64,000 nucleotides of DNA from positions 132,241 to 196,240 of the forward strand of contig MNCI01000900.1 of NCBI GenBank assembly GCA_015680685.1, read 5' to 3'. The notes below the pieces were generated by a model. It saw only the letters and a program-made list of their open reading frames with translations, was not told where the DNA came from and made no database searches. Both the position numbers and the translations under genes were made by a program. Position 1 is the stretch's first letter. The number at the start of each line of letters is the position of its first letter. The DNA is from Gnetum montanum (taxonomy: Eukaryota > Plantae > Gnetophyta). This document shows, one piece after another, positions 38,866 to 52,182 of the stretch.

Positions 38866-41104
38866 TTAATCTCAATTTTTATTATTGATCATGGAACATG
38901 TTCATGTACATTTGACTCAAATAAAGACATTATACAATTAACTTGAAACCATGTTACAAGTACACACTAATTGTTACAAAAATTAAGAAACCAAACTAAA
39001 TGAGTTTTACTACCTATTGATTAAGATGCCATAAATACAATAAGTGAATCATATTTATAGGCCTTTATTACTATTGCCACATTGCATCTATGATATAGAA
39101 ACATAGTTTATAATTTGCAACATTGTAGCTAGTTGACACCACAAAACAATTGTTCATCAATCTATTAAAATTTTTTCTTAATAATCATTACTAATTTCAA
39201 AGAAACATTGAAGTACTTATGTTTATTCTTAGCATCATTTCTCTTTCTAACACAAAGTACCATTGTAGCATCAATTCTTTTACAAAGTACCAATTCTATT
39301 TTAAATTCATTTCTAACAATTAACAGGATCATTATTAGCCTTTTAACATCAATCAAAATTAAAGGAAATTGAGATTTCAATTACTTTTTATCACTTTTCT
39401 AGAATTTGAAAAGCTAACTTTGTTAATTTGAAAGAATTAAACCAAATTCTTTCAAATTCAATATGTTTGAATCTTTTAGGACATAGAGTAATGTTAGAGT
39501 ATATTCCTAAGTTAAGGTACAATAATTAATTTCTTAGATTAATCTATTAGCAATTACAAATGGTTTTGATGGTTCAATGAAGAGTCACAACTCCTTATGA
39601 AGGATAAAAGACCACAAGTTCTTAGTTCGTAATACAAGGATAAGAAGGGGGAAGAGAGATAAGAAAATCAAGTGGAATAAGGTGAAGAAATATGAAAAAA
39701 GAAAGGAATAATAATGTTCATAATACAAATAGATTATGAACCATAACAATTTGTAAAATTATCAAGGACCAAATAGGACCATGTAGTAGTAATGGAAAAT
39801 GTTATGAATAAGAAGAGTTGTAATAAGAAACTGAGCTCCAAAAATAAAAGATGAAAGAAGGAACCTTAATGGAAGAATTTAAGAAGAATCCAATTTTCTA
39901 AATAGGATAAGATGATCCAAAAGTGAGCCACTCATAATTTGGTCTAGTTTCCTGAAGAGGAAGAGAATACTATTGAAGAAGTTGTGATGGATAAAAAAGA
40001 TGACTACAAAGAAGGAACAGGCTACAATTAAGGTAGTAGTCCATAATTCGTCAAGTTGTGGATCATTGAGGAACCTAGGAAGGCTCAACCCACACAAGAC
40101 TGACTAACTAAGAAAACTCCCATGAGACCTATCATGAGTAATAGGCAAGGGTAGGCATTGTAGGGATGTAGCCAAGAAGAAGAAAAGACTTACAAAGAAG
40201 TATTTCATAAAGTCTAGTAAAGTTAAGTTAGTAATGACTTAAAGAAGTTTGTGAAGTTAAGTTTAGGAAAAACTTAATGAAGTATAGTGAACCAAGTTCA
40301 AATATAGGAGTTTATAATACAATATAAGTTACAAATAACAATAGTAAGTATATTATATCTTACAATAAGAAGCGAATACATAGTAAAATAAGATGCATCA
40401 CTAGGAATAATAACACCACTAAGCATAAGAATTTCTTAGCAACGTAGAACCTAGATATGCACAAGCCCAAAGATGATGTTACAAATTATCAAAATAAGAA
40501 ATGAATATTAAGTTATGAAATCAGTATAGCATAAATTTGTTTATCATAAGAGCATTTGTAAGTAGCCAAGTCAATAAGACTTATGATACTTAGAACTACC
40601 AAGAATTATGAAAGAGCAGCCGTCATTATAAAAAGAGCTATGATCTTACATTCCTATGATATTGATATTACTATTAGTTGCAATTAGTGAATATCCTTGT
40701 AAAATATCCTAAGACATCAACATTTTGTTCTATTATTAATGCAATGTAAAGTATAATAAGAAATATCAAGAAAATTAAGAAAGTAAACTTTCATCAAAAT
40801 ATGTGTAGCTAATATCAAGAAATCATCAAAAATTTCTTTTCCCATGAGTCATGGTCCCATTGAAATAATCATAGAAGATAACCACCAACACATCATGCCT
40901 CATGATTTTGTTGCAACACAACTTATGATCATCCATCATGACTCATTGCCAAGATCATGGCTTCCTCAATTTTAATTGTTTCTCTATCATAGTCTATGGC
41001 TAAGTTATGATCCCTATCATGATTTGTGATCTAGTTGTAATAATGAAACTTTACAATTTAATCAAATATGACATATAAATTTATCCCAATTCTAATGCAT
41101 CATT

Positions 41105-44100
41105 TTTCAGAAAAGGTCGAGTGTATTAATTCCAGAAAAAAATGCAGCTATACATTTGTACAGCTTAGGCCAGAGCTGTTGGCCCCATGCCGCCCCAAGG
41201 TAGCACCCCAAAAACAAATCCCCAGGCCTGCCCTTCCGCTACAATCCCACGGTGATCGGCCTACTCTGAAAGGGCCGTTATCCGGCGGACAACCGCCCAT
41301 CAAGAATTACAAATGATACTAAGGCTGCCTTGGTCTAGCCTCTAGGCGACGTTGATTTTCCTGAACAATCTATCTAATGCCCGTCATGTGGTTCTGAAGG
41401 ACACCTGCAATCCAGACCAGCGGCTGGATGGGCGACTGGTTAGGGGATGTGGATTGTTGTCCTCTTGTGTTGCCAAAGGTATGATCTTTTATTGTTGGCA
41501 TTTCCATATGAACCTCCTCATCAGACTCCCGCCTCTTTCGCTTGTTTTGTTGCCCCATGTTCGAAAACCAGCACCTGGAATCCGTGAGCCGTTGGAGGCC
41601 AGTCACAGGAGACTTGAGGTGGGCGTAAGGATTCATAGCAACGCTGATTTCCTGCCAGAGCTTACAGGTTTGGCTAGCAAGCATGGCCGTGGGAGGGAGG
41701 GCCCTCTTTTTAAAGATACAGTCGTTCCTGTCCTTCCACAGAATCCAGAGTGCAGCTAGCGTTGGTGAGTTGCCAGAGAAATCTAGGGGTGAGAGGCTAG
41801 TCGTACGCCAGAAATGCCTGGTCACGTTGCACTCCTATACGAAGTGCCTTAATGTTTCTGTGTGTTGGTTACACAGGGGGCAGTTGGGAGTGATTAGCAA
41901 GCCACGCGTCTACAGCAAGGCTTGGATGGGGAGGGCCTGATGAAGGATGAGCCAGCCAAAGCTTTTGATTTTCTCGGGGATAATACCCTTCCAGAGCCGC
42001 ATCCAGCGAGGGTTTGTCAGGAAATTTTTCTGAAGGAGTTGCCTAGGATGCAGTGAGATCTCATCAGCGGTGTCCAGAGACCTGATATGCACGCACAGCT
42101 ATCTCCAAACGTGAGAATCAGTGTTGGACGCGATCCAGGGGCGATATTTCTGCCGTAGGATTTGCTCCCAGAGGGAGGGGTCCTCGTATGATGCGAAAAT
42201 TCACCGAAGAATTCAGAGAGCTGTGCGTTTCTGAATTCGCATAATGAGGGCCTGCCAAGTCTGTAATCTGTGCCAGTTGTGAATGGGGATTCCCAGATAT
42301 TTATCGTCTGCCTCTCCTGGCAGGATCCCTAGGATTTGGATGATTTTGCTGCGAACCGCCAGGGAGGTGTGCGTGAAAATTAGCGTTGATTTCCTGGTGT
42401 TGGGTGCCAGCCCCACTTCCTGCTGAAAATGATGTAGTGACCTTATCAACGCCCAGGCCTGTGGCACCGTGGCCCTGGTGAAGATCATGGTGTCATCAGC
42501 ATAATGGGCGATGAGGCAGGGGATGCCATGCATATTGAGCCCCTACACCCCTTCTTCGGCACAATATGTTTGCAGGAGGTCCATTATCAGTAGAAACAGC
42601 AACGGAGAGAGGGGGTCACCTTGACGGAGCCCCCGTCCGGTCCTGTGAAAACCCCACAGGTGGCCATCAATGTCTATCGAGAACCGCCCTCCGCGTTGGA
42701 TCTGCAAGCATAGCTCCACGAAGGCCTTGTTGAAGCCTTTCACTTGCATTACCATTCTCAGAGCTGTCCAACTCACGGAGTCATAGGCCTTGGTTATGTC
42801 TAGTTTGATGCATAGGCCTGGGAGTTTTGCAAGCCGAAGGGAGTGCTGAATTTCCTGCAACAGCAAGACTTGGTCTTGGAGATGGCAGCCCTTTATAAAA
42901 GCAACCTGATTTTTACCCACTAGGCGAGCCATGAGGGGGCGCAGCTGGGCCACAAGCATGCGAGAGAACAAACACATCAGCGAATTACAGACTCCGATGG
43001 GACGAAAATCCCCTGGGGATGTGGGCGAATCCATTTTTGATAGCAGGATCACGCGGGAGCAGTTGATTTCTTTACGAACCTGTCGCCACGCTAGCATGCA
43101 GTTAAACGCTTCGAGTAGGTTCGCCCCCAACACGACCTCGAATTCACTGAAAAATTCAATGGGCCACCCGTCTAACCCTAGTGCCTTATCTGCCTGCATA
43201 TTCTGCAAAGCATTTCGGAGTTCCTGGCGTGTGAATGGTTGCAGAAGATGAGCATTATCTACCTGATTTAAAATTTTCTGCATGGGCACTGAGATCGGGA
43301 CTGTGGGCTACCACTTCCAAACCTGCTACCAATACTGCAGCAGATTGTCCGCGCCGGAGTTGGGGTGCGTTGGGTCACCCTGCAGGAAAGTGCAGCAGCG
43401 GGCGTTGTTGTGTTCTGCGGTGTGCCTTCGCTGCTGCAAAAAAAAACTTCGTATGTCGATCCCCTGCCCTCAGCCACTGCACCCTTGCCCGTTGGTGCCA
43501 GTATTCTTCTTCTTCTTGGTGCAGTAGTTGGAGTTCAGCCTGGAGGGAGAGCTCCTCATGGGTATGGTCGGCCCCTAGCTCCTGTTGCTACTGAATTTCC
43601 TACAAATTGGCCTGGATCTGGGTTCGGTACCCTTTGAAACCGTACTTTTCTGCCAATCCGAGATTTTTGATTTGATGTTTGAGGGTCTTTAACCCCTGTT
43701 TTAGAAACTCGCGTGGGTCCTCCAGTGTCGGGTAGTCTTGCCATATGTTCCGAACCAGTTTACCCAGCCACGGCTTGCGTAGCCAGGTGCGCTTAAACTG
43801 GAATGGGCGGGGGCCCTGAGGAACATCACCCATCATCTGGCAGATGATGGGCCGATGGTCGGAGGCCATCCGAGCCACACCGAATGGCTGGATATTCCAC
43901 GCGGTCATTAGCGCATTGCTAGCCTAGACCCGGTCAATCCTGGATTGAACCCTCGCTGTGCCTTGTCTACGATTACTCCAAGTATACTTGCAACCTGTGA
44001 TTTCCATGTCGGAGAGATGCTGACGCTGTAACAGGGCAAGAAATTCGGGTGCCCCCAGGGGTTCCTCCGTGTGGTCACCAGTCTTCTCCCAGCTGTAGAG

Positions 44101-44926
44101 CCGTTGGTTGAAGTCTCTAATCAGTAACCAACTGGCGTTGTGAGGTATTAGCTTGGCCACCCGCAAAATCTCCTGAAGACGACCTTGCCAATCTTGAGGG
44201 CCGTACACATTGGTGATCCACACGCTTGTCCCTGGCAGGTGCACCGTAATGCACCAATCGGAGGTGTCAAGAATATATGATTCCATCTTTGTGAGTATGG
44301 CCAGGCCTCCTGCGTGCCCCCTGCTGGCCACCAGGTGGCTGTGCCACCCTGGCCATTGTAAAAAATGGGCCTCCGTCTGTTGTAGCTTTGTTTCTTGTAA
44401 ACACACAATATCACATCTCTCATCGCGTACCATACTTTGCAGGGTATGGCGCTTATATGGGGTACCCTGGCCCCTGCAATTCCATGAGAGGACCTTCATG
44501 GAGATTGGAATTGATGGTAAACTTCCTGGAGTGTGGGCTGCACTTCCAAATCAACGAAGAGCTGTTTGGCCTTGTGCCGACGGGTGCTATTGTCTGGGCG
44601 ACCCACCTTGGTTGCTGGCAGGGATACTGCCATCCCCCGAGGGCGAGGCAGGCTTGGCCCTTTGGGGGATGGGCTGGGCTGAGCCGAGCCTCTACGGGTG
44701 TTTAGCCAGTTTGTGACCGGTGGTGGTGACCAATCCTCCTATGTAGGGTCCTCCTCCCTAGACATGGGTGTGTGCGACGAGCCCTGGAAGCCCTGCTTCG
44801 CGGTGATCCTTGCCTGGGTGCTCGCTTGGCTAGGGTCCCCCATGGCCAGGGTCCCTGCACCCCGCAGCGCGTGGGATTAGGACTTGGGCATTGTCGTTGG
44901 CTGGGCTGTCTGTCCCTTCTTCGATG
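41105..44926 (-). mobile_element. Young L1/Tx1-type LINE, 5'-truncated in ORF1, with 16-bp TSD
   Basis: GC-rich block flanked by identical ATTCTAATGCATCATT at 41089-41104 and 44927-44942; contains APE endonuclease, RT and zf-RVT segments. Confidence 0.95.
41370..44499 (-). pseudogene. LINE ORF2 (APE endonuclease-reverse transcriptase-zinc finger), broken by stops and frameshifts
   Basis: MKVLSWNCRGQG..VCLQETK..DFNQ..SRIDR (43924-44499); SDHRPI (43600-43908); DFRPIG..KLDITKAYD..GLRQGDPLSP (42543-43289); HYADD (42213-42533); LWKGIIPEKIKSFGW (41910-42092); LWILWKDRNDCIF (41370-41825). Confidence 0.93.
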
Positions 44927-44942
44927 ATTCTAATGCATCATT

Positions 44943-45750
44943 GCTACAAACTCTAATAGATATTCCTTTGTGCATGTTCTCTACATATGATATTGTATTG
45001 GTAAATAAATATAAAGAAGATCTAACTTGTAAAATGAAGACTTGGAAAAATACCTAAGAATCAAAAGGATTAAGGACTATTATAAGTAAAATGTAATGCA
45101 TGGAATGGATTTTTAAGTGGAATAGCAAGTAATGAAATATGAAGATTAAAATTTAAAATCAAAAAGATTTTTAATATAAGTGATTCAAGTACTTGGAATC
45201 ACATATTTATATGCATTGTGAGATTAGCAATGATGTGAAAAACATAATTAGGGATAGATAAAACATTGAGAAGTTTGTAGTGTGCTTTATGATAGAAGAT
45301 GTTGAAGTAAAAGTTCTACATAACTATGATTAGACCTATGATTTTCTATGGTATGGAACATTAGCCATAAAAAAGAATTAGGCTCAATGCATGCATGTAG
45401 TAGAGATGCAAATGCTTAAGTGGATGTTAGGTGTCATTATAAAATATCACATCAAAACATCTCTTATTTTGGACTTTTGGGGTAGCATCCATAAATGAGA
45501 AGATTAAGTAAAGTTGTAGTAGATGGTTTGGTCATGTATGGTGGTGACCAGAGAATGCTCTTGTTAGAAGAGATTACTTTATTAATGTTGATGGGAAAAA
45601 AGTAAACGTAAACATAGTTGGATAGAATAAATAATGATATATAAGATTTGAATGTTAATATTTATGTAGCTCTTAGTATATGTAAATGAAAGAAAGACAT
45701 TCATATAGCTAACCCATGTAATTGGGATAAGATTAATTAGGATGATGATA
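44943..45750 (+). mobile_element. RTE LINE 3' part (RT end and 3' tail), host of the L1 insertion
   Basis: DIPLCMFSTYDIVLV (44959), FKYLG-like motif (45185) and VVEMQMLKWMLGV (45400); tail ATAGCTAACCC..TTGGGATAAG..GATGATGAT. Confidence 0.8.
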
Positions 45751-46164
45751 GTTATGCTTATTCCATGCTAGCTCATGTTGATGGAATGAAGGCATCAAAT
45801 TAAAGATGACATGGAAATGGTATGACAAAATAAATGAGAAGATTAAGATTAAAAATAATTTTTTAAATAATAAAATTAAGTTTTCCATTATCTTTGTAAC
45901 CTTATTTTGATTATTTTTCATATGTAACAACAAATAGCTATTTTTGTTTGTATCCTTGTAAATAAATTACACTTTCTATATATTATGAAAGGCTTCTATA
46001 GTAGATCTTATAATTTTTTATTTACTAGTTTATTGATATATATATATATATAATATCTATAATTTGGTTGAGAAAATGTGTTTCCTTTTTTGAAAATCAC
46101 CTAAAGGATAATGAATGAAATATAATTTAGGGTTATAAATTAAATAACTTAGTTGCATCTATGT

Positions 46165-46312
46165 ATTTTAAAAAGTCAGTATATTAATGCATACCTCTAG
46201 ACATATACTAAAAATAAAACTTTATAACTAAGCATTGCCTACTAGAATTGAATCCATAATTAGGAGTTACGGTTCCAAATGAAGAGTTTTATTAGTAAGT
46301 TAACGTCTTAAT
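46165..46312 (-). mobile_element. tRNA-derived SINE copy (family 1)
   Basis: TATAACTAAGCATTGCCTACTAGAATTGAATCCATAA matches 32964-33000. Confidence 0.7.
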
Positions 46313-46631
46313 GTTTAGTGCATAATTTGTTAAATAAAGGAGACAATTACATTAACGCATAAAGGGTAAATGATGCTACATTTTGACATTAAATTTAACA
46401 CTAGGTACATGAAATGTATAAAACTATTTACAAGTCTACAAATCACCTAACGATTGATAATGGCTAATAGAAAATAGCATTAAAACCATATGAAAATAGA
46501 TAGTTCTAACTTAGCTTGAGGTACCATTACCTATATTCAATATTATTTGTAGTTTAAAATCAATAAAAGAATATATTGGATCATTTATGATGTAAGCCTT
46601 GAACTCCAATTAGTAAATCTCAGTAAGTTAA

Positions 46632-46930
46632 ATCATCATCATCATCATCCTAGCCTTGTTCCAACAAAATGGAGTTAGCTACATAAGTTTCTTTTTTGTC
46701 ATTCACCTCTACTAAGAGCTAGATTGTAGTTTCTTTGTAATTTCTCTAGATGAGCTTAAATAATTTCTTGCATATCATTTTTATCTTCCTTGGATGTCTT
46801 TCCTAGAATAATAATGTAGCATCATTTTTTTATAAGCTCATTCTAATGTTTTTTGCACATGCCTAAACCATTATTCTTATAACTTATCTCAAAGAGAAGC
46901 CACTTTAAATCTTTCTAGAATATATGTATT
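46632..46930 (-). mobile_element. RTE LINE 3' end fragment with (GAT)n tail
   Basis: (ATC)n followed by CCTAGCCTTGTTCCAACAAAATGGAGTTAGCTAC, a typical plant RTE terminus. Confidence 0.75.
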
Positions 46931-47444
46931 ATGCTAATTAAAAATCATTTTATTGCACTTTTCTAAATTGACAATGTTCCATATCTTCTCTTTTGAATTA
47001 TATTAGCATTGTTTTATCTATATACAATAGAAAACATGTTTAACAAAACATTGTATCACATAACTTTTTTTAAAAAGAATATAATGTACTTCTTATTAGA
47101 GCACACAGAAGAATGGTATCCTATGGATGCATTGGCATTCACTAATAATTTCTCTTATCTTTGATGTAATTTCTATTATTTTTTCCATTCTTTTAGTAAT
47201 ATATTTGAATTTATGGATATAGATTCAACATTTATGAATATAGTAATATTTTTTTACTTTGTAAAAATATATAACATAAATGACACAATGTTTTGTATCT
47301 TCAAATCGATTTATACATTAATCATTTAATTTTGCATTACTTGATTTTGTATTAGTAAAAATTAATATTATGTAATCATTATCTCTTTGCAGTACCTAGA
47401 TATAACAAAGCTTTTAATAAGATCTTAATTATTTTATTATTCAG

Positions 47445-47913
47445 ATGATTGAAATTACCAAAGAAGAATTAGTACATAACTTAAGACGTCAAAGTACAAG
47501 TTTCTCTAGAGGGAGTTCAAGGTATAGAGGTGTAACATTACATAAGTGTGGAAAATGGGAAGCTAGAATGGGACAACTTCTTGGAAAAAAGTATTACAGC
47601 TAACTAAGAATGATTAAATATTTCTTTCATAAGTTCATTTAATTTTTTAATTTATTAACAACATATATTTTATTTCTAGGTACATATATTTGGGATTATT
47701 TGATACGGAAGAGGAGGCTGCAAGGTAAGATGTTATATCTTTATTTCATTTTCTAAAAAATTTAAGGAATGATTTTAAATTTCTTACATTATTTTTATAG
47801 AGCATATGATAAGGCTGCAATTCAACATAATGGAAAAGATGCAATAACAAACTTTGATTCAAATTTGTATCTACATGAAATACATAACACCAACAAAAAT
47901 TCTTTTAGAAAAG
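47445..47913 (+). CDS. AP2: euAP2 (APETALA2-like) transcription factor, partial: linker plus second AP2 domain on exons 47445-47590, 47680-47724 and 47801-47913
   Basis: Spliced translation [49 protein letters not shown]|[15 protein letters not shown]|[23 protein letters not shown]. Splice sites are canonical AG/GT, and the 146-nt and 45-nt exons and intron positions match euAP2 gene structure. No stops. Confidence 0.93.
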
Positions 47914-50584
47914 GTATGCTAAAAGTTTTACTATGTATACAATTTACTATCATAAGAATATTTACATATGATGTAATATTTTATAATACTTTATATATAG
48001 TATCTTATAATGTCTTATTTAAGAATAGGTCCAAGGGAACAACATTTAGAACTTTCATTAAGCATCGGTATTTCAACTAAGAAAATCAAGACTTACAATT
48101 TTCTAAGGTTAGTATTAAATCATTATGCTTGAATATTTATTATCTTGAAAATATTGATTGCTTTACTAACTATGGTTAAATATTTTACATTTTCAATTAT
48201 GCAGGCCATTAGATGCAACAAATCATTTGTATGAAGATACAAAAGTAACATTAAGTAAGCAATAGAATGAAAAGTATATAAAGGTATAAACTTAATGAAT
48301 GCTTTACTTATAAAAATGATCGCTAGCATTTTGTTTATCTCTATTTTGGATTTTCTTGTAATTTACTAATATTTAAAGTGAAATTTAAATGAACCATGTA
48401 AACTATANGCACTGACCCTCTATAATAAAAAAACGTACAGCAGAAATCATTAATTAGTTAACAAACATAAGTATTTTAATATGGTTTAGTTAATTTTTAT
48501 ACAAAAGTAGAGATTACATGTTGTTTCAAATCTAACATTAAGTATAAGATACATCCATGTGTTATTAGATGATAAAAACTAGATTTGTTTAATGGATCTT
48601 TGGAAAACCATTGAGGATATATTACAAAGCGTTCACATTCATTTGTTGGATCTTAAAACCTTCATTCATGAAGTAATAAAAGAAATTTCTACCTATAATA
48701 GTGTTATTTGACTTAGGATATATAGTTTATATAAAAGTAAAATAAAAATGTGTTTTTTATCTTTTATTAAACATTGGTAAATAGATTTTTCCTTGACTAG
48801 TTCCCAAACAAACTTTGTGAATGCAATTAAGCTATAATGACTTGGCTTATAAGTTGATTCTATTGAAAGATATTTTGGGCTTTCTTTAAAGATATTGTAA
48901 AATGAAAAATTAAAATTTGTTTTGTATTTGTATTTTCATTTTATGTTTTTATCAAGGCCTTCTTCTTTCTTTGATATATTTTGATACAAATTTTAGTTCT
49001 TGATATTGCATGTTCCATCTTTGTAATCATAGTTTGCCTTCATAAAATTATCTTCTACAATACTTTCATAAAAACCTATCTAGAAAGATGAATTTTATGT
49101 TAAAGAAGGGTCCTTTTTAGAATAAGAAAGCACAAAAATATTTAGTTAAAGAGGTAATAAGTTTTCTTCCAATAATAAAAAATTGTGATAGTGATTGTAG
49201 TGTTTCATATAAAAAATATTTGAACATATATTTTAATTTTTTAACACTTTAATGCTCGCATATTGTTAAAATACTATCACAATGAAATATAACATTACAT
49301 TAGAAAATTTATTTAAAAATACAAAGACTAAAGATAATAATGTATAACATTTGTTAGAATGTGAAAAAAGAGCTTGTGTATTTTCACTTTTATTCGTAAA
49401 AGAGAATGTGATGATTAAATATCTATAAAACTAAATAGTATCTCCTTTTTCTTGTTTTCCTATTACTCTTTTTGTACACCATGATGGGAATTGAATATGC
49501 CTTTCAAAGTAGAGGTGAATATTCATTTCTAGGTAGGTGCAAAAGTGACATGCCTTGAAAGCACTATTTGTATTTTTGAATAAGAACAATATTATTACTA
49601 ACTAATAGAAATTTTACCAAATGTTACCTAGTATACATTTAATATTTTTGTCTCCTAGGCATCTCTGTTTCCATTTTATTGGTAAGAATTGTAATTTAAT
49701 TAGAAGAAAATGCATATCCTTGCTTTGATTTTATGTGTAATTAAAATTTTCATTTCAAGGGTATTCTTGTCTTGTAGCATAAGATCCACATTTTACAAGA
49801 CTTAAAATAAGAAAAACTTATGAATAATGTTCAATTCTAGTAAAAAATTTTATAATTTATTTTAAATAAGAAAATAATAAACTTTAAAAATTAGATAAAA
49901 CATATAAAATTTTTTAAAAATATATTTTGTTTATTCAAAAAAATATCAAAGAATTATTAGAAATCATACCATTCTCTTATTCAAGAATGTTTGAAGATTA
50001 TTCTCTTTAATCTAATTATTAAGCTTTTTCACCAAAAATTCATCATAAAATAATTAAATTTTTGCTTATGATAATGAACTAGAAATTTTACAATTGATTA
50101 GTAGTTATTTTTTAACATAATAGGTTACATGATAGCCATTATTTGACAAGGGTTGGTTGGCCTTTAGGCATAGCTATATAGGGTGCACATCATTTTTCTA
50201 GTATAATAATAGTACTTAGGGTCTAGTAGAAAGTGTTCCATAGAATGGAACTCTTAAGTAGGTAACAACAGATAATTAGAAGATATTATAGTGCATTATT
50301 AAATCTATGAATCATTGCTATGATTGAAGAGACCATTACAAGATTCTTTAATTGTTAGGAAATAAAAATTCCAAATCAAATTACTCATGTTTTGATATAG
50401 CCTCTTAAATTCTTTTATCTTTCATAAAGTTTCATGTTGGTTATATATCTTCTAGGTACATGCACTACCCCCATCCCATCCCTTCCCCACCTTCACTAAA
50501 AAAATGAAAAAAAAAATAAAAAAAAATAAAAAATCTTTTCCTATATTCATCATAAACCCAAATGTAATTAGGCATACCATATAT

Positions 50585-52182
50585 TCATCATCATCATCAT
50601 CAATAAAATGGGATCAACTCATGTTTTTCTAGCCATTTACCTCTGTGAAGAACTAGATATTTGTTTATGTTAAATTTATTCAAATCATCTTCAATCATTT
50701 TTTCTCATGTGTTTTTAATCTTCCTTTTAATGGCTTTCTTAGAACAACAATGTAGTAACCTTTTTTTCTAGGCTATTGTTTGATCATTTTTGTACATGCC
50801 CAAACCATCTAAACCTACATTCTTATAACTTACTTAAAATCAAAGACACTCCAAGTATACCTCTAATGCATGTATTAAAAACTTTATCTCTTTTAGTAAC
50901 ATTCACCATCCATTCTACACTAATTTGTTGTTTTCATGTCTATTTTGTACTGACCAACATTCAACACCATATATGATAATAGGTCTAATTGTTGTTTTGT
51001 AAAATTTTCACTTTAATTTTAATGGTATTCTTTTGCTCCATGGGCCACAACTAGCTTGTTTTCATTTTGACCATCCTCCCTCAATTATATTTCTTACATT
51101 TTATTAATTTCACCATCTAATTAGAGCATTGATCTTAGGTAGCAGAATTATTTTCATTGAGCAATGTTTCAGCCTTGAATTGTCACTTCTATTTCATCAA
51201 TAATTATGCTATTATTCAATTTGAATTTTATATATTTTGCCTTACTTCTACTAATTTTTAAGCCTTTTGATTCTAGAGTATGTCTCCACTTCTACATTTT
51301 AAAAGCAATAATTTTTAGAGTTATATCCACCAACAAAATATCATCTACAAATAGTATACACTAACAGATTTCATCTTGTACTTCCATTCTTAATTCATCC
51401 ATAATAATGACAAATAAGTACAAGCTAAGCATAAACCCTTGATGTAATTGTGACTTAGAAAATCAGATGTTTTACAAGTTATTGTAATTTTAGTGGTAGC
51501 TCCTTCATACATGTTTTGAATCATTTAAATATATTTACTAGTGATGTTTTACCTCAATAAAATCCATCAAATAATATCTATAGTCATTATTTCATATACT
51601 TTTTCCAATTTAATGAAGATTATATATAGATTTTATGTATATTTTTTGAATTTCTCCATCAATTGTTGTATTAAGAAAATAGCCTCTATAGTAAATCTTC
51701 CTCTCATAAATCTAAATTGATTTTCTAATCCTTCTGATTCAAGTCTAAGATGCTTATCTATGACTCTCTTTCAAAGATTCATAGTATGGCTTATTACCTT
51801 GATCCCTTTATAGTTTGCACATCTCCTTTATTTTAGTAGATAGGAACAACAATGTTTTTTTTTCCAATTGTTGAGCATTTATCTATCCTTTAAATTTTGC
51901 TAAATAATTGTGTACAATAAGAAATTCTTGTATCTCTTAATTCTTTCCAAACTTCTATAGAATTATTATATAGTCCAACACCTTTTTAATTTTTCATCTT
52001 TGATAAGGTCTTCTTCACCTCATAGAAGGAAAATTCATTAACTAAACTAAAAGTTGGTTCTTCTTTTTTGATGTCTTTTGTTAGAAATTCTTGATTTAAT
52101 AATTTTTGAAAATAATTTTTACACTTATTCAAAATTTCATTGTCTTTTACCAAAATTATTTTACCTACCTCCTTGATCAATG
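50585..52182 (-). mobile_element. RTE LINE, 5'-truncated (RT plus 3' tail), decayed
   Basis: ORF 51986-52180 (ILVKDNEILNKCKNYFQKLLN..EVKKTLSKMKN), ILFVDDILLV at about 51330-51360 and an (ATC)n tail at 50585-50602. Confidence 0.85.

Noticed and set aside
39425-39458. 14-bp-stem hairpin
   Set aside because: Short, AT-rich and isolated within decayed repeat DNA, with no supporting context.
41068-44880. Many plus-strand ORFs of 60-168 aa
   Set aside because: They are antisense shadows of the GC-rich LINE ORF2 and ORF1.
47769-48080. 103-aa ORF as a standalone gene
   Set aside because: Only 47801-47913 is an AP2 exon; the rest is intron read-through.
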